NCBI RefSeq assembly: GCF_964204645.1
Contig: NC_134026.1
Location: 248,001-312,000, forward strand
Reading direction: 5' to 3'
Length of the DNA: 64,000 bases
Source: Tubulanus polymorphus
Taxonomy: Eukaryota > Animalia > Nemertea
The notes under the pieces are model-generated. The model did no database searches, was not told the DNA's origin, and was given only the letters and a program-made list of their open reading frames with translations. Every line of letters begins with the position of its first letter. Positions within the stretch are counted from its first letter, which is position 1. The position numbers were made by a program, and so were the translations under genes. This document shows positions 27,150 to 38,000 of this stretch, one piece after another.

Positions 27150-27554
27150 TTCCGTCCCTTAAACGTCTGTAAAAGGAATTTTGCAATGCGCTTTAAGAGA
27201 TTGTTGGAGGTTGTGTTCATCAAATCTATGAATTTATAATGCTCGGATTATTCCAATAGTATCGGGGAATGAAATTGCTTCTCGGGGTGTTATAGTGGAT
27301 ACAGCATAGTAAAACGTGGTACTCGTCTTCGATTTGATTCGGGTTACAGCTACACAAAAGGTTTTCGCGTGGGATCCGTGGCCTGGTCCATCTACCACTT
27401 TCTATCATAAGGTCGTAGCTTCCACAGCGGGATTTACTGAAAGTATTTACTAAACAAGGGTCACTAATATCAAGTAATCTCTCGTAGGTAAAAGAAGATT
27501 TTAGGTGCTTATAGATATAACATTTGCGGCTAGTTTCAATAGAGTGAAACCAGT
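27150..27554 (-). mobile_element. Non-LTR retrotransposon (CR1/L2-group-like) ORF2 3' fragment, downstream part
   Basis: Translates NWFHSIETSRKCIYYKHLK...MIESGRWTRPRIPRENLLCSC...IEDEYHVLLCC, the typical C-terminal Zn-finger-like tail of these LINEs. Confidence 0.8.
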
Positions 27555-29248
27555 TGATCCGCAGCTGAATTGTACTTTACAGTTGCGTTTAGGCGTAGGC
27601 CTGGAGATGTATGTATCAGTGTTTTGTTAGTAATGCAGTCAGCCAGTGTTAATGGTGTTGTCCCTCTTGCGAAAATCGTTATACTCACGGACTTGTGATA
27701 ACTCCTTGGGGACAAAACACCTGGCTGCATGCAAGAAATCGTGAAATTCGCCGACGACATTTGCGTTAAACCGATCTAAATGGCGGATGTATGAACTCGA
27801 TGTTCCAGCGCGCCGTATTCAGCTTCGTTGTGGTATTTTCAACTCGTATGTTGCGATATAAACTGTGGAGAAGTTATAGACTCCTGTATCGTAAATCTGG
27901 TTCTACGTTGAAGCCATTGATATTGCGTGTTTTCGCGCTGGATGGTGTATTATTAGGCTGCGAGGAACTGCGTTGGATAACGTCATTCGTCCGTCCATGG
28001 CGTACTGTGTTGTTGTGGTTGCTGTTGAGTCTTCATGCGGTATATTTTCAAACTTCGTAATTGCGGTGGTGTTAAGTGCTAGACTTTTTACGGTATTAGC
28101 GGAGGCAGCGGTCTCAAGATACTTTCATTTTCCGAGCGGGTATCCTGAACTTTAATTTGTGGTTTTGTTGAACTGTAATCCTGAACTTTTAGTGCGTGTT
28201 ATTACTATGAACTTTAACGAGTAGTTTTAGAATATGGTCTAGTTAATATCTTTGGGGAAAAAGACGCGATTTGGCGTTTTTCATCCGTTTGTTGCTGTTT
28301 TCTTTTTCAGGGTTTTTCATGAGGTGTCGGCTTGTGTTTCAGAGGTTGTCTAAATTCAAAATTTCGGGACGAAATTTTAAGCTGAGTGGGGAGTGATGAT
28401 CCGCAGCTGAATTGTACTTTCAAAAAGATCAAACGATTAATATACGTAGGTTTCTTGGCATGTCCTGGGAGAACACACGCATTGTTCCTTATGTACGATA
28501 ATACATTATCCGCCTTAATGGTTGTTTGTCTGAAACATTTATACTTGTATCAGACGAGCATTCTAAATCACTTTGAAGGTAATCACGGGGCTGTAGTCAT
28601 GAGAAGAATTCGTGGAAATGAGCAATTATGAAATCAACTTATGAAACACTCGCTGACCCTTAGTCTGATAATTCGATAATAAGGAGTTATATTAAAGAGT
28701 AATATTAAAAAGTAATATTAAAGAGTTTTATTATTTTAATTGATAAGGGTTTGTGTGTTTAAATTTGAATGTACTAATAATGTTAAAGAATATAAATAAG
28801 AAAGATGATATTTCGGCTTACATTGTATACTACTATTTAGACAAAATTAAATACCATTCATTGTGGGAATTGTAATCATTGGATTAGTTAAAATAAATGA
28901 GTTCGAGGGTTGGAAAAATAGTATATATGTAATCTCTTCGGTGCGGTTGAGAAGGAGAGCAGACCGGCAGGTATCCTGACGTCGAGGGTCGGGTTAAAGT
29001 TAGCAGCGAATGAAAAGTCTAGGAATCAGGACCCCAGCTCTGCGTCGTGGTGCTGCGTTGGTTGCTCGTTCCCTTTTACGGCTGGCCGCAAGCAGGGTTC
29101 TGGATTTTTCTTGGGTGTGGACGCAGCCGTATAAAAGGGGCCGCACCTCGAGAGAGAGCGGACTCTTTTAGAAAGCATTCGACTTTCTCGCCAGGGACCG
29201 GAGTTTGTAATAGAGGAAAAAGACAATAGAGAAAGGGACCGCGGAACA
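27555..29248 (+). mobile_element. Internally deleted Gypsy-type LTR retrotransposon (25-bp stub of 5' LTR, 3' internal region, PPT, 3' LTR 28397-29248)
   Basis: TG...CA termini (TGATCCGCAG / CCGCGGAACA) and 4-bp TSD CAGT (27551-27554, 29249-29252). TGATCCGCAGCTGAATTGTACTTT is repeated at 27555 and 28397. AATTTCGGGACGAAATTTT plus purine tract GAGTGGGGAGTGA lie just before 28397; TATAAAA at ~29130. Confidence 0.8.
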
Positions 29249-29420
29249 CAGTTTTGGATAAATATTGATCTTTGAGTCTTTGCTCGACAAGTTTTATAGG
29301 AAAGGTGGCATTTCCTGCATCCTGGGAAATCCAAAAATGACCAAGACCTAAATCATTAAATAAATCACGCATTTTGGATGCCCAATTAGATATGAGAGGG
29401 TTGTTATTCATCTGATTCAG
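29249..29420 (-). mobile_element. LINE ORF2 fragment, upstream part of the element split by the LTR insertion
   Basis: Translates NWASKMRDLFNDLGLGHFW...VEQRLKDQ.(F)IQN and joins the 27554 fragment across the CAGT TSD. Confidence 0.75.
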
Positions 29421-29511
29421 GAGATGAATGACCCAGAAATGCCACTAGTCATAACCTATTGTCAAACGACACTTTTTGTTGCATGGTCGTTGATGTAAGA
29501 AACTCACTCAC

Positions 29512-29551
29512 ATCGGTCGTGATATTTCAGCTGAACTTTAGAAACTGTCAT
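29512..29551 (-). CDS. Duplicate / alternative first coding exon of CARNS1-like copy A (MTVSKVQLKYHDR + phase-1 GTGAGT donor)
   Basis: Paralogous to exon 26241-26280 (MTVSKVQLKDHDR) with the same length, phase and donor; flanks also similar. Confidence 0.55.
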
Positions 29552-30550
29552 TAACAGTCACCACGCAGATACTTCAAACTGCTTCAGTCTTGTGAGAAAG
29601 AATTATTGAATTACCTCAAATACACTTAAGGTTTGTCATTAATTTTTCTTCTACTCAAAATATCTACTTAAAACCTACGTTGCGATTGTCTACTTGAAAA
29701 GGGAATTGAACTTATAATCGCTTTGATCGATATTTTGGATAGTTAGTGTTCATTGGAATAAAAAAGTTTTTGGTGAAGAGAGTTTGTGAAATGAGCGCTT
29801 GTTAAAAAGTTATATTGAAAGTTCACTGTTTTTTTTTTGAGCATGTAATCGTTGACTTGTTCAGTAGGTACAAGGTTCCATTGACATCAAAACACGCGAG
29901 AGTTGTATATAAGCTCGGCGTGCTGATACTGCAAGATTTAGTGTCAGTAAAAAGCCGATAAGTTGTGACCAATTATTTATATCTTCATATAAAGTTATAT
30001 GATCCTTCCACGCCGGGATTCGAACCCGGTGGCATCGCGACCATACCGTATCGCTATAGGAAACCATGCGTAAAGCCCCAGCACACATTTATTTGCACAA
30101 CTGCTGCCCAGATTTCCATGATTCAAATCATTTCGAATTCGATAATGAACCAAAATATATTGCAAAACAGTATTCGTAAATAAATATGATTCCTCTTTAT
30201 GCCGGGAGAGGCAGCTATAAAACAATACATTGAAAAGAAATTTATTGCTTTTATCGGAATTAGAATCTTAAGTAGAAAAGACAAAATTCCGTGTTTAAAT
30301 TTCAAAATATCGATTTACACGGTTTGCTGCTTGCTGAAAGCTGTTTTAACATAAATTTTTACTGCTTTAGCATAAAACTCAACAAATCCATAGGTCATCA
30401 AGACTTTCCCTTCGACACCTGCCGCCACTGTGATCGATAATTCCTATACTGCCATCGCTGACAAGCATTATGTGAAATACTGTAAGATCCGGTGACGTGT
30501 TAACTACAGATGTTTATCAACTGTAAGTGCCTGATAGTGTCATTAGAAAT

Positions 30551-33500
30551 ATGGATGGTAATCGTTTAGATCAGTCTCAGGAGGTAAGTATCAGAGGCAA
30601 ATCGTGTAACATGTCGTGTTCCAAACCTCAAAGCCCATATGGCATTAGTCATGATTAGTCATATCCATTAATGCATGTACAAAAAAATGCGTACATAAAG
30701 TTTAATTTGTTTGGATTTCGGCGGCTCTTAATTTTTGATTACCGGGATATTTGACCACCGAGCACCACTCAGTCCAAGGGCCTTTCTCCTATTTTAGGGA
30801 AATTCATACTCGAAAATCATATCTGTATCTTATTTAGAATAAATGGGAAATAATCAAGACTTGTGAAGATGCCACCCTGAATGGAATCCCTTACTGCGAA
30901 TGGAACCAGGATGTGAATCTCGAATCTTTAAATTCCGATCAGCAGCGAATGTCTGATGATGAAAGACAACGTGTTAAACACTATTATAACATTCTACAAT
31001 ACACGCTGTATGAAACAAACCATCCAGAAACTGAGGATCGTACGATAATACCCAGAACAAAACTACCAGAAACAGGTATAAATATCGTTATTCTATCATC
31101 ACCCGTCGAATGTATGCCTGTACTACTGCAAGGTGGCCAATCATGTGCGGGTAATGTACATCTCGTTTTATCGACTTCTTGGCTGTCAATAAAACAAAGT
31201 GATCGAAATCCTGCGTTAAAGACGATCTTGCTGCATAAAGCGATATCGATGTACAACGGCGGTGCGAGTTTTCTCGATGTATTCGATCCACCGAGGAGGG
31301 TGACTTATTTGATGAATAATTTTAGCGACGATGAACCGGGAATTGCAGATTTCAAGTATGATTTAGATTGTCCGACATCGAGTTCGATCAATAGGAAACT
31401 AGATGACAAGATTTGGACACGTATTTTAATGTGTAAAGCAGGAATAAGTTGCCCTGAAACATTAGCATTATGTAACTACGTTCCTCATAGATACGATATA
31501 CCGGGAGATGTTTGTGTAGAGATACAGGAAATAGATATAAAAACTGACTTGAAGAATGTGGTTAGTGAAAATATACGAAGATTTCTGCAACATCTCGATT
31601 CCTCGAATGACAAGGTAATTTCTGTCGTATCTAGACGTTCTAAATTTATCGATGAATTGCTGAATTCTATAGGAGATTTTTCTGAATTTTTTTAACAAAG
31701 ATTTCGGTGAGAAAATTCGGAATAGCAACGGGTCACAAGGAACAAGTTTCTATCCACAACGGTTCTGATCAGGAGAATATCTGTAACAAGGCTGTCACTT
31801 TACTGTCGCGGTCTGAGCCGGGAGATTATGTATTAATAGAACGATTCTACAACACACATCAGACTGGTATGTCGAATACATGCATTACGTTGCTTATAGG
31901 CTTTATTATAGGCACATCATATATCCATAATCATTCACTGTAGTGTTATGAAGAGTATTGACTTATGATTTGTTGACGTGTGATTTGTTGATTTTGTAGC
32001 AGCTGCAGGACGGAATCATCTGTCTTTCCGAGTTCGAGTTATCGCGTGTAGAGGGCGCTGTGATCAACCAATCACCACAGGTTTCATATGTAGAGTCGGT
32101 CGCATAAACGAGCCAATCACCAGCGATAATACAACAGCACAGTCGATAGAAACGACTCTACTACAGTGGGGTGTAGAAACATCAGAAATAGATAGAATTA
32201 AAAAGCAACTGAAAAACGATTCGGAAAACTTGCTACACGAGATAATTAAACAGGAGAATAATAATGAAAATGACCAAACACAAACAGATTTTATAGGTAA
32301 GAAACACTAAAGCCATTTTATTATATGAGTATAAATCAGCCCTACTTCATTTAAAGACAAAGGTTTGAATTGTGTATTGTTTTTGTAGCTGCTGACTTCA
32401 TCTTGGTAAAACGCGATGGTCGCTACTGTCCTATCGGGATCGGGGTTAAAAGCTGTTTAAAGAGTTTGGTCAGCGATCCATTACGTGCATCTACCGACCT
32501 GAATCCAGGAACATCAGTGATTCCATTGGTTGAGAGGATGTGTGAAAGATCTCAACTATATACGATGTGGGGTAAAGTGATAGTTGTGATAGCGAAAGGA
32601 GGTCCAAGTAAAGCATTCATGTGGGCTGCAGCTAAACAAGATAATTTAAAGGTAAAAGCAGATCCACGCATAATATATTTCAAATGAGGTTTTCTAGTAT
32701 AAATACCTTCATTAATGGATTAATATACACTGGTACCTTCTACGTTTTAGATCATTCTTGTTGACCGCAAGTCACGTGACATTCCAGATGTAACCCGATT
32801 TATCGATTATGACTTTACGGATCACACTCGAGACGAGCAACACGCCATCAATATCAGCAAAATACTCGCTAATTGTCGTCTAAAAATAGATGGTTGTTGT
32901 ACAATCTGGGAAGACTGCATTCGTTTGTGCGCTCACATTTGTGAGTTGTTATCTCTGAACGGTTCCGGTCTGAATGGTTGTAGAATCGCTAAGAAAAAAT
33001 CATCGACACAAAAAACTCTTTTCCAAAGTCGTAACGAATATAAACATTTTCCTCAAGCGCGAATTTACGCCGAAAAAAGCGTCGAAATAGAAACCGATCG
33101 TGACATAGACGAGGCTTCAATGTCGTTTCCTTGTATCATCAAACGTGAATTCGGAGCCGCTGCAGTAGGAGCTAAACGCGTTCAAAATAAAAACGAATCT
33201 AAAACTTATTTCAATCTTGTACAAAAGAAACTGAGCTCAGAAGATGATTTACCTGGAATTGGGATAAGTTTTGGAACTAGTATGATGATGATGCCGTTTC
33301 TAGAAGGGTCTCGACATGGAGTTGATATAGTTATGTATAAACGTCAGTTGATCGCAGCGTTTCTGTCTGACCTTGGTCCAACTAGGGAAGGGTATCTAAC
33401 GGGAACTGGGGTTACGATGCCATCATGCTTACCTCCAGATAAAATAACACAGCTGATCTCCGCTGCTTATCAATGTTGTTTGACAATAGGTTTGACTAGT

Positions 33501-33974
33501 GGTGTTTTTAATGTCGACATTGTGCTGACATCGATGGGTCCGAAACTGATCGAAATAAATGCTCGAATGGGAGGATTTTACGTGAGGAATTGGATAAAGG
33601 AATGTTACAGAGTTGATTTACTGAGATGTGTGTTCATGTGCGCCTGCGCAGTGAAGCCTCACATCTACAAACCTGCCCCTAGTGGACAACTCGTAGGTGT
33701 TACTTGCTTACAATCAGTTCACGCTCATATTTGGAATCGAATTGATGAAATCAATGAATTGTGCAAATCTGGTGAAATTCAGTTCAGCCTAATTCAATGC
33801 TGTACAGCTGATGATGTTGTTGATACTGATACAGAAAGACCGATTTGTCATTTAGGCGTTAAAACTGATAATTTAGAAGAAGCGAAAGAAAAATTGTTGG
33901 AACTTTGCGAACGGTTTGGAATCTCAAACAAAGAATACGACGTTAAAAAGTTTATTGATTTTCCCCAAGTCTAA
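30551..33974 (+). CDS. CARNS1: Carnosine synthase 1-like ATP-grasp ligase, copy B (~919 aa; exons 30551-30583, 30838-31614, 31701-31866, 32000-32296, 32389-32651, 32751-33974)
   Basis: Inverted near-identical paralog of copy A with phase-consistent GT-AG introns. First exon MDGNRLDQSQE ends in GAG|GTAAGT. Motifs KREFGAAAVG, SDLGPT, GVFNVD, GPKLIEINARMGGFY. Confidence 0.88.
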
Positions 33975-34898
33975 ACACTGAGATTAAATGTATTCAAGTT
34001 TTTTTCTAGATTTCATGCTAATTGTTGTTTTTATGAATTTATCATTAAACATAGAATTTCTTATTATTAAATAAAGAAGTGTCTAGTTTGATGTGTTACA
34101 GTCGTTTCTTTACGAATCCACTTAAAAAAACATGTGTAAGACGATTCAATTGAAAAAAAATCATAAATTCAAATATGAAATGCATAATTTTCATAACTTG
34201 CTATAATTTCTTTCTGAATACAGATCTAATCATGAAAATTGGTTTTTAACGATATCCCAAACGAATATCGTATTTTCCTTGATACTGGTGTCTATCATGA
34301 TTATCATGAATTTTATGATTAAAGGTTTACGAATTATTTGAATGTGATAAATGTCACGTCAAAATGAGTATAAAAACATTTCAAATAACATCCTGTATTT
34401 TCTTTATACAATCATGAAAACGATTTTTTAAAGTTTGAGTTTATGCACGTGGTTTACAGCGATCATTACTATAACAAGCAGCTGTAAAACTGATGGCAAA
34501 GGTCTTGAAGTTCATTTACTGCGAGTGAGCCCCAGCGGTACGTTCCGTTCTAAAACAATCGAAAAATATTACCGCAAATAGGCGTTTGGCTGCGAGGCAA
34601 TTTAGAAATGATGGACGACAAACCTCAGGGAAAACCGCAGTAATGATCGCTTAATGCATCTCCCGTCAAGAAACAAATTGCCTTCAGTCTCTCTGCATCT
34701 CACAGCTTCGCGTGAACGCGAAATTGTCTTGCAAAATAAGAAACTGATCCCGCTTTACACAAGTCATATTTGCAGGTTGTAATGAGGATCTCTGTCGTGA
34801 CGAAAATGGAGATCCCAATGAAAGGATTGTTGGAGTTCCCAAAGACAAACCCTTGAATTAGCCCAATCATTATTTTGTATAGTTAAAACCTAGACACC

Positions 34899-35059
34899 AG
34901 GACCCGTTTCCACGGTAGTGAGTTTAGAGTTGGCGCTTTAGTTAACGTTACCTCAGAATCCAGCTCCTAATTGTGCGTTAGTTGTGAGTTAGAATCAGAT
35001 CATTTTCAATTCTTAACTCTAGATTCGAATTAAACTCAGACTCGTGGAACTGGATCCTG
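34899..35059. mobile_element. MITE, CAGGA.CC.GTT(T)CCAC...GTGGAACTGGATCCTG family
   Basis: Imperfect TIR. Related ends at ~37060-37080, 39690-39770, 42543-42605, 59983-60097 and 61090-61218. Confidence 0.55.
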
Positions 35060-38000
35060 AACTGATATTCTACTTCATTTCAAACAACTGCGGCATCAGA
35101 ACAATGAATATACACGATTTGATGTCTCATTATTCATTTTCTATATATAAAAGTTACAAATACATTAATATTTTCAATTATCGTTTGAAGACACCTTTAA
35201 AAATGAAATGATATCTCGATTATAAAGTGAATATTTATCATCGCACACATCAAGAGTCAATTAGAGTCATCTGTGTGATGCGCGATAGCATTTTTATTTT
35301 ACGGAAAATAATTACAGCCAAAATGATCGAACTGTGAATGTGACAGCTTGCCACACGAAATGGACATCTATTTTACCATTATATTCATTGGTGAACTGTT
35401 TATTGGTGTAGTGCGTCCCATTATTAAAACTTGTTCATCGTGTAGATCATTACAAACGACATTTCATGCCATCTTCTTTTGTGTGCATAAACAGCAGCAG
35501 CAATATAATATATACATTTATCTTAAACGTCGAGGCCGACCGAACACTGACTCATCGCCGGACCCAGTTATATCTGGCGTTGATTATGAAACCTATTTTC
35601 TAATTTTCTAATTAAAAATCCAGACTTTCTTTTCTGGAACCTATTACGACGACGTGTTGCAGATTTTTACGCAAATCGTATTATAAAATAGTATATATAA
35701 TCTTACAGCGCAGAAATCGATGCCTTAGAAAATCCATTGAAAAGCCACATTATGTGGAAGGAACAGCTTTATTCTGGAATTAAATAATAACCCTGTCGTG
35801 TAACATATGTCATCCAATACCCAATTATCTAAAGTTCTATAGTCCATCGCATCGCGGCGACTGATCGTAAATTTATCTTTATCTGAGGCAACAACAACAG
35901 CTCTGCGCGAGGCGGGATCTATTTAATTCTTGTTATAAGGATTTATAAATTCACGCACAGATTTCTTTAAGACTATTACTAGCGCTTTAAACCTAAAACA
36001 CTTAAACCTTCTTTATCAGATTAGAGGAATCAAGTTGTAATGCGATAATCCTCTTATAGTCCGATAACGGGTATTATTTTAATTAATACATTCGTGTTAA
36101 ATCGTCTTGAAATTTGCAACGTAAAAGTTAAAAATTGTTTGATCATAAAAACAATTCTAAACCGAGTTACGAGTTAGGACCTCCTATGCAACCAGTTTTC
36201 CACGGATCTGAATCCTAAATACGATTTAAAAGGCTTAGATTGATCATTAAGTGAGGATAGCTCGATCTTCACATAAGTCACGATTGTAGAAGGGTGAGAC
36301 GATTGCTATAGTAATGATTACACAAATACTATGGAAATTAATTTCGTTCTAAGAGTCCACGGTTTGAATGAGTATGAAATGGCAGAAACTAATTCGGTCT
36401 CGTGCAACTTACTACAAAGACATATACGATAGAAATGTGTTTTGCAGACGACTTTCATAGAGAATTGCGACGACAAGATGCGTGATTTTAACTACGACAT
36501 ATGCCGTCAATAATTTATGGTCTATTAGGTATTATAGAATTTTCTATACGCAGATGTTCCGTTTTACCTATAGAAAAACAATTCAGATTTCCTATTGAAT
36601 TCCGGGACTGGGGACTGTGTCAATGTAATATTGTGAATCAATGTGATTGATGATTCGTTAATTACTTACACTCGATTCAAGTAGAGAAAACCACACGTTT
36701 TTTGCACGCGTTTATTATTCAGCTTTTGCGTCACTGTTTTATCGACAACTTTCAAAAGCTGATGTTACAATTTCTTCAACTATGATTGTTCGTATTCGAT
36801 TTATACATGTATTATATAATGTACCGTACTTACATTGTGCTTGATCCAATTTCACTAGTTGTGGCTTAGAATATGAAACTATTATGAAATTATAAATATG
36901 AATTCATTTTCATTTCAAATAACATTACAATACTTAGATACGTTAGATTACATTAAATATGCATTTAATTAGGCATACAAAGTTGCATGTAGTTTGACTG
37001 TTTAGAATGAAGATTAGTTAAATTCTAATGCGTTACTCGATTCAAACGTTTACTGAGAACTGTGGAACTGGGCTCTGGAATCGCTCTCTACTTGTTAGCC
37101 TTAAAGAGATGTAGACATTCGACAATTAAGGCAATTTTGTAGATTATGACTGCATTTGAGTTCTTCGCCTTCGCCTTGAGGTTATTCAAGGACGGTTCTA
37201 TGCATGTAATAGAGTTATAGGCTGGGGATAATAATACCAAATTTGGAGCGCATTTGAGCCACAGCTGGTTAGTGTACCTGCGCTATATAAATGACTATTA
37301 TTACTATTATTATTATCATTCGACACCTAAAACTGATATTCACGGTTCAAAGGGTTCTTTGTAAGCGAAAAGTTCAACCGTAGAATCCACAAATTCCATT
37401 TCATTTGGTAGATAAAACAGCTACAACTGTGGAACAATTCATCCACTTCAATTTTACATTAACTCGCTGTAGTTTCCTCTCATGAATACGGGTTATGGCT
37501 CGATAACATCTTAAGTTACAGATCTTTTCTTCTTAATCTGGAATATTCTGGTGCCATCATTTCGTTAATCCCTAAATGGCATGTTTGAACTGTCATCAGT
37601 GTCTATCAACTGACTAGAATTATTGTCGTAATCTCAGTGACTGATGTCTGTTGACTTAAGACTGATGTCTGATGTTGACTTACGTGTTTATTGCCGTCGC
37701 GACGATCAGTTTTAGTCGTGTTTAAGAAGGTGCTATAATCTGCGTAGAAGTCGCTTAGTTTCGGTTTACAAAGTGTCGCATAGGCGAGAAATAAGATCGG
37801 ATATCAGACGAATTTAAGACACTGACCGCGGCGAAAAGAAAACAAATTGCTTTTAGTTCAAGTATCCGTGACCTGACCGTGTCGTTCAAGTGAAATCCTT
37901 CATCAATGGATTTCTACGAATAAAGGCTTCTTTTACCACATTTAAATTCTTAAAATCTTTTACATAATTGTATATCATAGCGGCTGCTGTTTTATGTCCT

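Noticed and set aside
30010-30060. tRNA gene (GGTTCGAATCCC on minus strand; similar B-box at ~7754)
   Set aside because: Only a B-box/T-arm is present and no cloverleaf can be folded; likely a SINE relic.
23131-33974. Two copies as an uncollapsed-haplotype assembly artefact
   Set aside because: Inverted orientation, unrelated first exons and 3'UTRs, an unalignable intron 3 and dense multi-codon patches are not allele-like. Long-read confirmation is still advisable.
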